From Vicinamibacteria bacterium (GTDB lineage Bacteria > Acidobacteriota > Vicinamibacteria > Marinacidobacterales > Marinacidobacteraceae): DNA of 64,000 bases. Numbering within the stretch: position 1 is the stretch's first letter; every line of letters starts with the position of its first letter. Below the pieces are notes generated by a model. The model saw only the letters and a list, made by a program, of their open reading frames with translations. It was not told the origin of the DNA and made no database searches. The stretch is taken from contig CAXXLQ010000004.1 of NCBI GenBank assembly GCA_963668695.2, positions 2,432,001-2,496,000 on the forward strand, in the 5' to 3' direction. Positions 9,833-18,822 of the stretch are shown piece by piece. The translations under genes and the position numbers were made by a program.

Positions 9833-10671
9833 GGACGCTGGTCGTAGCGGCCGTTCTCCTGCTGCTGGCCGCGGATCCCGGCGCCGCCGAAGATCCCGGC
9901 GCCGCCGTGGATCCCGTCGCGGCCGAGGGGACCAAACCTTCGCGGATCGTGAGCCTCGACTACTGCGCCGACCAGTTCGTGCTCAAGCTGGCCGACCGCG
10001 ACCGGATCCTCGCGGTGTCCCCCGACGCCGGGAAGAGTTTTTCCTTCATGCGCGCGGCCGCCGAAGGTCTGCCCCGCGTGCGCCCGCGGGCGGAAGACGT
10101 CTTGCCCCTCGGGCCCGACCTGGTGGTCCGTTCCTACGGCGGGGGTTCCAACATCGCCGCCTTCCTGGAGCGTGCCGGGGTCAGGATCGCGCAGGTCGGG
10201 GTTGCCGAGAACCTCGCCGGGGTGAAACGTGTCCTGCGCGAGATGGCGCAGGCGCTTGGAGAGCCGGGGCGGGGGGAGGCGCTCGTTTCGGAAATGGAGG
10301 AGCGGGAGGCTGCGCTTCGCCGCCGCCCGGGGACGGAGACGATCCTGTACCTGACCCCCTCCGGGATCACCACCGGCCCCGGAACCCTCGTGCACGACAT
10401 GTTGCGCGCCGCTGGTTTTGTGAACTTCCAGCGCGAGCCGGGATGGCGGCCCCTGCCTCTCGAGCGGCTTGCCTACGAGCGGCCGGATCGGGTGGCGGTC
10501 GCGGTCTTCGGCAACGATGCGAGCCGGGTCGAGGCCTGGAGTGCGATGCGCCATCCGCTCGTGCGGGCACGACTGCGGGACTTGCCGGTGACCTCGATTC
10601 CGGGCGCCTGGACCTCCTGCGGAGGGTGGTTCCTGCTCGACGCGATGGAAGCGCTGGCGGCGGGCGAATGA
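9829..10671 (+). CDS. Corrinoid/iron-chelate ABC substrate-binding protein (BtuF-like)
   Basis: TTG start overlapping the previous stop; signal peptide; RIVSLDYCADQ; LERL...PD; W.CGG. Three DPGAA-type 18-bp repeats follow the signal peptide. Confidence 0.85.
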   Translation: MRTLVVAAVLLLLAADPGAAEDPGAAVDPVAAEGTKPSRIVSLDYCADQFVLKLADRDRILAVSPDAGKSFSFMRAAAEGLPRVRPRAEDVLPLGPDLVVRSYGGGSNIAAFLERAGVRIAQVGVAENLAGVKRVLREMAQALGEPGRGEALVSEMEEREAALRRRPGTETILYLTPSGITTGPGTLVHDMLRAAGFVNFQREPGWRPLPLERLAYERPDRVAVAVFGNDASRVEAWSAMRHPLVRARLRDLPVTSIPGAWTSCGGWFLLDAMEALAAGE

Positions 10672-11660
10672 GCGGTCGCCGGCTCGTGGTCCTCCTGGCG
10701 GCGGCCGGGGCGGCGGGGCTCTTTCTCGCGTGCCTGCTCGGTGCGACCCCGCTCTCGCCCGGCCGGGTGCTGGCGGCGTTTTTGGGTCAGGCGAGCCCGG
10801 GCGACCAACTCGTGGTCTGGCAGATTCGTCTGCCGAGGGCGCTCGCCGCCTTCTGTGTTGGCGGAGCGCTCGGCGTGAGCGGCGCGGCGCTTCAGGGACT
10901 GCTCCGGAACCCACTGGCGGAGCCGGGGGTCCTCGGGGTTTCGGCGGGCGCCGCGCTCGGGTCCACGGTGGTGATCTATTACGGGCTCGCCGGCGCCTGG
11001 CTCTGGGCGGTGCCGGTGGCGGCGGTGGTGAGCGCGCTCGCGGTGACCGCGCTCCTCGCGCTCGCGGCGAGCCACACCCGCTCGGTGGTCACTTTGATCC
11101 TGATCGGGGTGGGGATTTCGAGTTTCGCCGGCGCCGTGATGTCCCTGCTTCTGAATCTCGCGCCGAACCCCTTCTCGCTCGCGGAGATGATCAACTGGAC
11201 GCTCGGTTCGGTGGCGAACCGGAGCTACGAGGATCTGCTGCTTTCGGTGCCGCTGATGGCGGTGGGGGCCGCGATTCTCTTCCGCTACCGGCGGGGGCTC
11301 TCGGCTCTGACCCTCGGGGAGGAGGCCGCGAGCGGCGTCGGACTGGATCTTCCCCGGCAGCGAATTGCGGTAGTCGTGGGGGCGGGACTCGCTGCCGGGG
11401 CGTCCGTGGCCCTCGCCGGAGTGATCGGCTTCGTGGGGATCGTGGCGCCCCATATCGTCCGCCCGCTGGTGGGATACGACCCCGCCCGCAGCCTTGCTCC
11501 CTCGGCCCTCCTGGCGGGAGCCATGTTGGTCTTCGCGGACATCGGCGTCCGGCTCCTGCCCACCGCGGTGGAGTTGAACCTCGGAGTGGTGGCGGCGCTC
11601 TTTGGGGCTCCGGCCTTCATCTGGATCGCGATCCGCCAGCGCCCCCCCGTGGATTCGTAA
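10668..11660 (+). CDS. FecCD/BtuC-family ABC permease
   Basis: IRLPRAL, LQGLLRNPLAEPGVLGVS, IGFVGIVAPH; ATGA overlap with the previous gene. Confidence 0.92.
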   Translation: MSGRRLVVLLAAAGAAGLFLACLLGATPLSPGRVLAAFLGQASPGDQLVVWQIRLPRALAAFCVGGALGVSGAALQGLLRNPLAEPGVLGVSAGAALGSTVVIYYGLAGAWLWAVPVAAVVSALAVTALLALAASHTRSVVTLILIGVGISSFAGAVMSLLLNLAPNPFSLAEMINWTLGSVANRSYEDLLLSVPLMAVGAAILFRYRRGLSALTLGEEAASGVGLDLPRQRIAVVVGAGLAAGASVALAGVIGFVGIVAPHIVRPLVGYDPARSLAPSALLAGAMLVFADIGVRLLPTAVELNLGVVAALFGAPAFIWIAIRQRPPVDS

Positions 11661-11666
11661 GGGGCC

Positions 11667-11980
11667 AAGGAGCGCAAGGAGCGCAAGGAGCGCCGGTCTT
11701 CAGACCGGCATCGCGGCCGCAGGCCGCGAAACCCCCACCACTAACCAAGAAGAAGCGCAAGGAGCGCAAGGAGCGCCGGTCTTCAGACCGGCATCGCGGC
11801 CGCAGGCCGCGGAACTCCCATCGCCAACCGCGAAGAAGCGCGGGGGCGGCAAGGAACGCCGGCCTCCGACCGGCACCGCTGCGCGTAGCGCAGCGAAACG
11901 CGCAGAGCCATTAACCCGGACGGCTCGGCAGGCTCGGGAACGCCGCCCTCCGACCGGCACCGCTGCGCGTAGCGCAGCGA
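11667..11980. repeat. Cluster of REP-like hairpins: GGAGCGCCGGTCTTCAGACCGGCA x2 and GGAACGCCG(G/C)CCTCCGACCGGCA x2, with 9-bp AAGGAGCGC tandems
   Basis: Copies start at 11687, 11770, 11853 and 11937; stem GCCGGTC-TTCA-GACCGGC. Confidence 0.8.
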
Positions 11981-12050
11981 GACCGCGGTTCGCTGACCCG
12001 CGTGAAGCGCGTAACCGACGGAGCGCCGGCCCGAATCGCGAGCGGCGGAA

Positions 12051-12122
12051 TTACACCTCAGACCCAAGAGTGCCATACACTTCCGTGACGACGTTACACC
12101 GACATTACATCGGAGATTACAG
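12051..12122. promoter_or_regulatory. Phased TTACA direct repeats (putative response-regulator boxes)
   Basis: TTACA at 12051, 12094, 12105 and 12117 (11-12 bp spacing) just upstream of the nuclease gene. Confidence 0.4.
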
Positions 12123-12145
12123 CCTCCGAGGAACGCATAACGACC

Positions 12146-12901
12146 TTGATCCCGCGCGGCGCCAAAGCAGTTGTCCTCGGGACAATTCTCGCTTCTGCCG
12201 CGGTGGCCTCCGTATCTTCGACGGCCCCACAAGAGACCTGGCGGGGGCTCCGCGTAGCACCCGAAGAGCGTTGCACCCGTTACGACTCGGACGACTACCG
12301 CTACTCGCAACGTGTCGAAGACGACATCATCGTGGACCTCGGCGGAATCTACTCGCCCTATACGGGGGAGTGGTTTGACACGAAGCGGGAGACCGACATC
12401 GAGCACCTGGTGGCCCGTTCCGAGGCGCATGACAGCGGGCTGTGCGCCGCCAGCGCGGACACCAGGCGCCGGTTCGCCAATGACTCGCTGAATCTGACGC
12501 TCGCAAGTCCGGCGGTGAATCGGCATCAGAAAAACGACAAGGACGCGTCCGAGTGGCTGCCGGAGAGGAACCGGTGCTGGTTTGCAGGTCGGGTCGTCCA
12601 GGTGCGGCAGAAGTACGTTCTCTCCATCGACCGGCGCGAGGCGGGCGCACTGGAAGCCGTTCTCTCCCAGTGCGACTCCGTGGCAATGACTCCTCCGGGA
12701 AGGAGGTCGAGTACCGCGCGATCGGCGCAACCGAACCCCGAACCACAGTCGACAAGACAGTCCAGTCGTGGAAGCGAGTGCGGGCCCTTCGCCAACTGCA
12801 CGGCGCTCCGTCAGGTGCACCCACGCGGGGTTCCGCGAGGGCATTGCGCCTATGCCAGCAAGATGGACCGGGATCGAGACGGTTGGGCCTGCGAAAGATG
12901 A
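12146..12901 (+). CDS. Secreted DUF1524/HNH-type nuclease with C-terminal Excalibur Ca-binding domain
   Basis: Signal peptide; DIEHLVARSEAHDSG, FAND..NL, NRHQK..KDASEWLP; C-terminal FANC...MDRDRDGWACE. Confidence 0.85.
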   Translation: MIPRGAKAVVLGTILASAAVASVSSTAPQETWRGLRVAPEERCTRYDSDDYRYSQRVEDDIIVDLGGIYSPYTGEWFDTKRETDIEHLVARSEAHDSGLCAASADTRRRFANDSLNLTLASPAVNRHQKNDKDASEWLPERNRCWFAGRVVQVRQKYVLSIDRREAGALEAVLSQCDSVAMTPPGRRSSTARSAQPNPEPQSTRQSSRGSECGPFANCTALRQVHPRGVPRGHCAYASKMDRDRDGWACER

Positions 12902-13058
12902 TGGCCCGTTCGTCCGGCAGATCCTTGCCGTCGTCGTTCCAACTCCACTGAAGACAGGCCATTCCACTCGCGGCTCGCCTCGCGCGGTCCTTCGGATCCT
13001 GCCGTTCTGATCCCGGTTGCGGGTGGCCGCGGGACCCGCCCCGTGTAACAGTCCTGAC

Positions 13059-14912
13059 ATGCCCAGATCCGTCCTGAACCCGTTCCCGTGCCTTCTTGCC
13101 GTAGCCTTGGTCGCCGCGGGCGCGGCCGACGCCGGCCAGGAAACCCGGGAGCCCCGGATCGTGGTGGATCCCGACTACCTCGTCAGCCGGGATGGCGACC
13201 GGCCTCACGTCGAGATCATGGCGGCCGCGAATCCGCGCAATCCACGGAACCTGCTGGCCGGCGCCATCACCTTCACCCGTCCCGACGGCGGGGCCGCCAC
13301 CAAGGCCTACGTCAGCTTCGACGGCGGTGTTCAGTGGGACGACATCACCTTCCCGGAGCAAAAGGAGACGGGTGGGGGCGATCCCCAGGTGGCGTTCACC
13401 GCGGCCGGCACGGCGATCTTCGCCACCCTCGCCACCCGGGCGGACGAGACCGGGCGCACGCGGGCGTTCCTTCACGCCTACCGGTCCGAAGACGGAGGAC
13501 GGACCTGGTCGGCTCCCTACGACCTCGGGGCTTCGTACGACCACCCCATGCTGGCGGCCGATCAGACGACGGGGCCCTTTGCCGGACGGCTGTACATGAG
13601 TGTCCTCTACGGCCGTGAATACAGCCTCGGCGTCTTCCGCTCGGAAGACGACGGCAGAAGCTGGATCGGCCCGGTGAAGTTCCTGGACGGCGCCGGCGAG
13701 CGAGGGCTCAACGTGGACCCCACGGTGGTGTTTCACGACGGGGCCGTCATGGTTCCCTTTGTGGATTTCCCGTCCACCCCCGAACAGACCGCCAACTGGA
13801 CCGAATCGCGACTCTGGACGGTCGTTTCGACCGACGGTGGAGTGACGTTCTCCGAGCCGAAGCCGGGCCCGGTGAAGATGACGGGCGAGGAGACGCGCCT
13901 GGCGAGGGAGGGGACACCGCGTTTTCGGGGCGGCTCCTGGACCATGCTCGCGGCGGACCGCAGCGAGCGTTTCCGGGATCGCGCCTACGCGGTCTGGCCC
14001 GACTACTCGGAGGGGCTTCCGCGCGTCGTGATTTCCTGGTCCGACGACCGCGGTTCCACCTGGAGCGACCCCGGGCCAGTGGCGTCCCCGGGGGGGCCGG
14101 ATGTCCAGCAGTTCCAGCCCGCGGTCGCCGTCAACCGGGACGGCGTGCTGGGGGTAAGTTGGTACGACACGCGGCACGCTCCGTCGCGGTTCGCCTTCCA
14201 CCAGTACTTCGCGGCTTCCTTCGACGGCGGCGAGACTTTCACCTCACCGATCCAGGTCTCGGGAGCGCTCTCCGAGCCCCTGGGGTCCGGCAATCTGGTG
14301 CCCGCCCCGGTGACCTTCAGCGGAACGGAAGGAGAACTGCGGGTCGCACTGATCTCCGCGGCTTCGCGCTGGGTGAATGGTGGCGACTACATGGGCCTCA
14401 CCACGTCGTCCGACGGGCACTTCCACCCGGTCTGGGCCGACGCGCGGTCGGGCGCCTATCAGGTGTACACCGCCGCAATCCGGATCGTGGACGGACCGCC
14501 CGCGCCGCCGGCAACGGCCGGGGAACCGGTGGACATCACGGGGCGGATCGAGCTCGTGAACGACCCCGGAAGCCATGACGCCGAGACCGGCGTGGCCGAC
14601 CTCTGGATCCGGCTACGGAATGTGTCGGCCACTCCCGTCGCGGGACCGATCGAGGTGGAGATCCGCAAGTTCGGGAGCGGCATGGGAGACATGTTTTCGG
14701 ATCTCGCCCCGGAGGTCCTCAACGCAGATAACGGACTGCGCGGAAACGGCGCCGTCTTCCGCTACGACGAAGTGCTCGGCAGCGACGGCGTCCTGCCTCC
14801 CGGCGGCGTCAGCGGCGCGGTCCTCTGGCGTCTCAAGCTCGCGGAGCCGGTCCGCATTCCCAATCTGCACCTCTACATCACCGGCCGCGAGGTGGTCGCG
14901 GAGCCGCGGTAG
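13059..14912 (+). CDS. Secreted BNR/Asp-box beta-propeller (sialidase-family) protein
   Basis: Signal peptide; repeated S.DGG.TW/F Asp-boxes (six); GDY.GL and WAD.R. Confidence 0.85.
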   Translation: MPRSVLNPFPCLLAVALVAAGAADAGQETREPRIVVDPDYLVSRDGDRPHVEIMAAANPRNPRNLLAGAITFTRPDGGAATKAYVSFDGGVQWDDITFPEQKETGGGDPQVAFTAAGTAIFATLATRADETGRTRAFLHAYRSEDGGRTWSAPYDLGASYDHPMLAADQTTGPFAGRLYMSVLYGREYSLGVFRSEDDGRSWIGPVKFLDGAGERGLNVDPTVVFHDGAVMVPFVDFPSTPEQTANWTESRLWTVVSTDGGVTFSEPKPGPVKMTGEETRLAREGTPRFRGGSWTMLAADRSERFRDRAYAVWPDYSEGLPRVVISWSDDRGSTWSDPGPVASPGGPDVQQFQPAVAVNRDGVLGVSWYDTRHAPSRFAFHQYFAASFDGGETFTSPIQVSGALSEPLGSGNLVPAPVTFSGTEGELRVALISAASRWVNGGDYMGLTTSSDGHFHPVWADARSGAYQVYTAAIRIVDGPPAPPATAGEPVDITGRIELVNDPGSHDAETGVADLWIRLRNVSATPVAGPIEVEIRKFGSGMGDMFSDLAPEVLNADNGLRGNGAVFRYDEVLGSDGVLPPGGVSGAVLWRLKLAEPVRIPNLHLYITGREVVAEPR

Positions 14913-14964
14913 CGTTTTATTCACCGGTAGCGGTGGTCACCTGGCCCGAAGCGTCGGCGGGCTG

Positions 14965-15198
14965 CCGCACTCCGCCGAGATGAAAGTGCCGGGCCGGGCT
15001 TGGCTCCAGTTCGAGGTGGAGCGGACGGAGGGCGGCAGCCGGATCACCCAGACCGCGGTCTTCGATCCGCTCGGGTTGGGAGGGCTCCTCTACTGGTACG
15101 GGCTCTATCCGATCCACTGGTTGATTTTTCGGTGGATGCTGCGGGGGATAAGCGCTCGGGGGACAGCGAACGGCAGTGTCAGAACGCGAAGCCCATGA
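14965..15198 (+). pseudogene. C-terminal remnant of a YbjT-like DUF2867 protein
   Basis: AEMKVPGRAWLQFEV...QTAVFDPLGLGGLLYWY.LYPIH..IF; the N-terminal SDR domain is absent. Confidence 0.75.
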
Positions 15199-15652
15199 CA
15201 TAGAGGGCAAGGCCGGTCGCGCACGTGAGGCACAGACCGAGGAATGTCAGTTGCCCCCAACCTCGGTGATGGCGACTAAAAGTCCCGGGAAGAACAAAGG
15301 TATAGCGCCTCCAGGACACGGTCACCAGGATTCCCCACAGCAAGAATGTCGGGATGGCGATCGCTAGATGGACTCCGAATAGACCACTCATGGCCGGCGT
15401 TCCGTAAAACTCGCTCAACAGGAGTCCCTCCGCGCTACCAAGCTGGAGACTGGTTTCGAGAAGTACCACGGCGCCAAAACCCAACAAGAGTCCGACCAAC
15501 TGAAGATTGCGGTGTTTCAGATACTCCCTGCCTGACGCGAATGTCATCGCGTACCCCATCAAGATCGGCGTTGCGGTCAGAAACACCAAGGAGACGTCAA
15601 TCAAGCTGTCGGCTCGCGTTCCCAAAAAGCCTGTTGAGTCAAGCATCGCCAT
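15179..15652 (-). CDS. DUF420-family membrane protein
   Basis: GFLGTRA, HRNLQ, VHL.IA, HRGWGQ, TG..LY; four TM segments. Confidence 0.75.
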   Translation of the reverse strand: MAMLDSTGFLGTRADSLIDVSLVFLTATPILMGYAMTFASGREYLKHRNLQLVGLLLGFGAVVLLETSLQLGSAEGLLLSEFYGTPAMSGLFGVHLAIAIPTFLLWGILVTVSWRRYTFVLPGTFSRHHRGWGQLTFLGLCLTCATGLALYVMGFAF

Positions 15653-15826
15653 CTGCCTCCCCGAGTTCCCCGCCAAGTCCTACCGACATGGAGTCCACCG
15701 CTCCCAGCTCTCAGGACTGACCCGACGCTCTCAGCCTCCATCAATGGTATTGCACAAGGGTAGTTCGCCCGCGTCCTTGCCGCGATGCCGGCCGAAAGCC
15801 GGCGCCAGGGGGTGTGCGCAGCGGGT

Positions 15827-17110
15827 TCAGGGGGCGAGTGAACTCACCGGCACCACCGTTACCCCATCCGGCCGCTCGTAGCCGTACCCCGTTCCGGTCA
15901 CTACCGCGAGCTTCGGCGGGTGGCCGACCCGGGCTGTATCCACTCGGTCGCGCAGCCGGAGAAGGTTCCGGGCTGCCTCATCGATGTTGGCCGCCCCACC
16001 GAGCTTGATTTCGATCGGCATCCACCCACCTTGGGCAGTCTCGATGATCACATCCACTTCGAGGCCGGTGTTGTCGCGATAGTGGCTCAATTCGGCATCG
16101 TGAGCCTGCGCGTAAACCCGTAGATCCCGAACCACCAGCGCTTCGAAGAGGAAGCCGAGGTAGGGGAGGTCGCGAAGAAGTGCTTCAGGTGAGGCGCCGA
16201 GCGCCGCGGTGGCCAGCGACGGGTCGATGAGATAACGCTTTGGCGTGGTCCGCAGGCGGGATCGGGACCGGAGATGCGGTGAAAAAGCGGGGAGATCCTC
16301 GATCACGAAGAGCCGGGCAACGTCGTCCAGATACTCGGCTGCGGTGCGCGGGGTGGTTCCGTTGCCGATATCCGCCGCGAGCGTCCTGAGAGTGACGGCA
16401 GTCCCGATATTCCGAGCGAGAGAACGCAGGAGGCGTAGCGCCCGGGTCGGATCTCGTCTTCTTCCCGAGACCCGGTTCAAGTCGGCGAGACGGATCTCGT
16501 TCAGGTAGTTCCGTACGAAGCGACGGGCGGCCGGGAGGTCCTCCCCCAGACTCCCGGGCCAACCTCCGCGACAGATCGCTTCAGCTAGGTCCGGAACGCC
16601 GATGTCCGGGGCTGGAACCGAAACGCGCTCACCCGCAATCAGATCACCGAGCGAGACCTCGCCCGTCGACAGCCCCAGCTCGAACAGGGACATCGGACGC
16701 ATTCGCACCCGAGCGAGCCGCCCGGCACCGGTGTGGCGGGTGAGGTCGTCGGGTGGGACGGCGGATCCAGTCAGTAAGAACTGTCCCTTTTTCCCGCTTA
16801 GATCGGCTGCGCGGCGTACCGGGTTCCACAGCTCAGGTGCGACCTGCCATTCATCGAGGAGACGAGGCTTCGGCCCCTCCAGAACGAGCCAGGGATCGGT
16901 TCTTGCCGCTTCGAGGGCCTTGGGGTCGGCGTCGAGGAAAACCTCGCTGGCGGCTGCGCGCCGGGCGGTTGCGGTCTTTCCACATGCCTTGGGCCCCTCG
17001 ATGAGCAACACCGCCGCACTCCGGAGCTGCTCTTGAAGCTCTGTGTCCACGATGCGGGGCCGGTAAGGGTCCGGGACGCCGGGCGGTGGAAATGCGGAGG
17101 GGAAGTCCAT
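15827..17110 (-). CDS. AAA_14 ATPase with DUF4143 (restriction-endonuclease-like) C-terminus
   Basis: GPKACGKT, LLDEWQ, FLLTGS, PKRYLIDPS, LFE, YRD..G.EVD...IEIKLG. Confidence 0.92.
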   Translation of the reverse strand: MDFPSAFPPPGVPDPYRPRIVDTELQEQLRSAAVLLIEGPKACGKTATARRAAASEVFLDADPKALEAARTDPWLVLEGPKPRLLDEWQVAPELWNPVRRAADLSGKKGQFLLTGSAVPPDDLTRHTGAGRLARVRMRPMSLFELGLSTGEVSLGDLIAGERVSVPAPDIGVPDLAEAICRGGWPGSLGEDLPAARRFVRNYLNEIRLADLNRVSGRRRDPTRALRLLRSLARNIGTAVTLRTLAADIGNGTTPRTAAEYLDDVARLFVIEDLPAFSPHLRSRSRLRTTPKRYLIDPSLATAALGASPEALLRDLPYLGFLFEALVVRDLRVYAQAHDAELSHYRDNTGLEVDVIIETAQGGWMPIEIKLGGAANIDEAARNLLRLRDRVDTARVGHPPKLAVVTGTGYGYERPDGVTVVPVSSLAP

Positions 17111-17157
17111 GGGGAGGCGGCGCGGCGCAGTCGCAGCCGCGCCTGGCATCACCATAG

Positions 17158-17239
17158 CATGTTTTGCAACGAGTCTATAACATGTATTGCAACGGATTCA
17201 TGGCATGTTTCGCAACATCCCTAGGGCAGGGTTTGCAAG
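17158..17239. promoter_or_regulatory. Four direct repeats, consensus CATGTTTTGCAAC, at an exact 23-bp period
   Basis: CATGTTTTGCAAC (17158), CATGTATTGCAAC (17181), CATGTTTCGCAAC (17204), CAGGGTTTGCAAG (17227). Confidence 0.7.
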
Positions 17240-17327
17240 CTACCGAGACCTGCTCCGGAGCCGCAACTCTCTTTCACGCGCTCGACGTGAGCCGGCAGTA
17301 CGCGATTTCGCCCGCCTTCGGCGGGCT

Positions 17328-17520
17328 GTGCCGACCTGGAGGTCGGCGGCCAGTTCTCCCGGTGGGGGCCCCTGTCCAGCGGTGCCATCTGCGCGCGCGG
17401 CGGTACGCGGTTTCGGCGCCCTGTCGGGCGACGGTGCCGGTCTGAAGACCGGCGTTCCCTGGCTCCCGCGCAGCGGTGCCGACCTGGAGGTCGGCGGCCA
17501 GTTCTCCCGGTGGGGGCCCC
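17328..17520. repeat. REP-like hairpin cluster; two copies carry the CCAGTTCTCCCGGTGGGGGC 20-mer
   Basis: TGCCGACCTGGAGGTCGGCG x2, each followed by the 20-mer (17350, 17498); plain TGCCGGTCTGAAGACCGGCGTTCCC at 17435. Confidence 0.8.
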
Positions 17521-17543
17521 TTGGTTCCCGGCCGTTCCGACCC

Positions 17544-18797
17544 TCAGGCCATGATGAGGGGTCGCAGGGCCTTCAGCCCGGCCAGCGCCCGCTCCACGTG
17601 CTCCGCCGTGTTGTAGAGGTGCGGCGAGAGGCGGAGGCCGCCCGAAGTCGAGCCCGCGATCCCGTGGTCGTCGTACATCCGGGAGAAGACTTCGGCGCGG
17701 GATTCGGCGGGCACCTCGATGATGACCACGCCCGCCGAGAGCTCGTCTGCCATCGGCGTGACGAGCGGGATCCCGGCTTCCCTGATGCCCTCCTTGAGGC
17801 GGCGGGCCAGGTCGATCATGCGTTTCTCGACCCGGTCCGGGCCGATCTCGCCGTGGAATTCCGCGGTGGTGCCCATCGCCGCGAGACAGGCGTCGTCGCG
17901 CTGCCCCATGGACTCGAATTTCCGGGCGCCGGTGGGATCGGGGTCCGCATCGCCGCCCCAGCCGGGGGCGACGATCGACGGCCACAGACGCGGAATGATC
18001 TCCGCGCGGATCGCGAGCACTCCGCACTCCTTCGGGCCGCAGAACCACTTGTGCGAGCTGCTCGAGAAGGTGTCGGCGCCGATCCCCGGGACGTCCACCG
18101 ACAGTCCGCCGAAGCTCTGGGCGCCATCGACGTGGACGTGGATTCCCCGTTCGTGGGCGGCATCGGCGATCAGGCGTGACGGCATCCGGATGCCCGACAC
18201 GTTGGACACGTGGGTGATCGCGACCACCTTGGTGTTGGCCCCGAACGCCTCGATGAACGGGGCGGCAAGGTCTTCCCCGCTTGCGGGGGCCTTCGGGACC
18301 GACACCCGGCGCACCGAGAACCCGTAGCGGGCGGCGCGCACGTCCCACGCCACGTTGTTCGTGGGGTGGTTCTGGTCCCAGAGGAGGACCTCGTCGCCCT
18401 CCCCGAGCGGGATCCCGGCATTCACGATGTTGTTCGCTTCGCTGGTGTTGCGTACGAGCGCCAACTCGTCGCCCGAGACTCCGAGTTGCGCTGCGACCTG
18501 CTCCCGGGCCATTTCCCGGAGATCCGCGAACTTCCCGCGGTTCTGGAACGAGCAGTCGTGGTCGATGTCCCGGGTCAGCTCGCTGACCCGGTCGCCGACC
18601 GATCTCGGCGACGGACACAGGTTCGCGGCGTTCATCGGCACCCGGTCCTCGTCGAAGGGGAACTCCCGACGCACCATGCGGAACAGCGTTTCGTCGTCGG
18701 CGGCAGCGGCCCGGACGACGGGCAGGAGGGCCGGCGTCGCGGCGGCGGTGCGCAGGAATGCGCGCCGGGTCAGGGCATTGGAGAGTGACGTCGTCAT
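17544..18797 (-). CDS. Tat-exported class V PLP-dependent aminotransferase (isopenicillin-N-epimerase-like)
   Basis: TRRAFL Tat motif; RNTSEAN; HVDGAQ; SSSHKWFCGP; LRLSPHLYN. Confidence 0.9.
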   Translation of the reverse strand: MTTSLSNALTRRAFLRTAAATPALLPVVRAAAADDETLFRMVRREFPFDEDRVPMNAANLCPSPRSVGDRVSELTRDIDHDCSFQNRGKFADLREMAREQVAAQLGVSGDELALVRNTSEANNIVNAGIPLGEGDEVLLWDQNHPTNNVAWDVRAARYGFSVRRVSVPKAPASGEDLAAPFIEAFGANTKVVAITHVSNVSGIRMPSRLIADAAHERGIHVHVDGAQSFGGLSVDVPGIGADTFSSSSHKWFCGPKECGVLAIRAEIIPRLWPSIVAPGWGGDADPDPTGARKFESMGQRDDACLAAMGTTAEFHGEIGPDRVEKRMIDLARRLKEGIREAGIPLVTPMADELSAGVVIIEVPAESRAEVFSRMYDDHGIAGSTSGGLRLSPHLYNTAEHVERALAGLKALRPLIMA

Positions 18798-18822
18798 GGC
18801 GGGCGCCTCCGGATTTCGGAGT

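Noticed and set aside
17158-17239. Mini-CRISPR
   Set aside because: 13-bp repeats with 10-bp spacers are far too short
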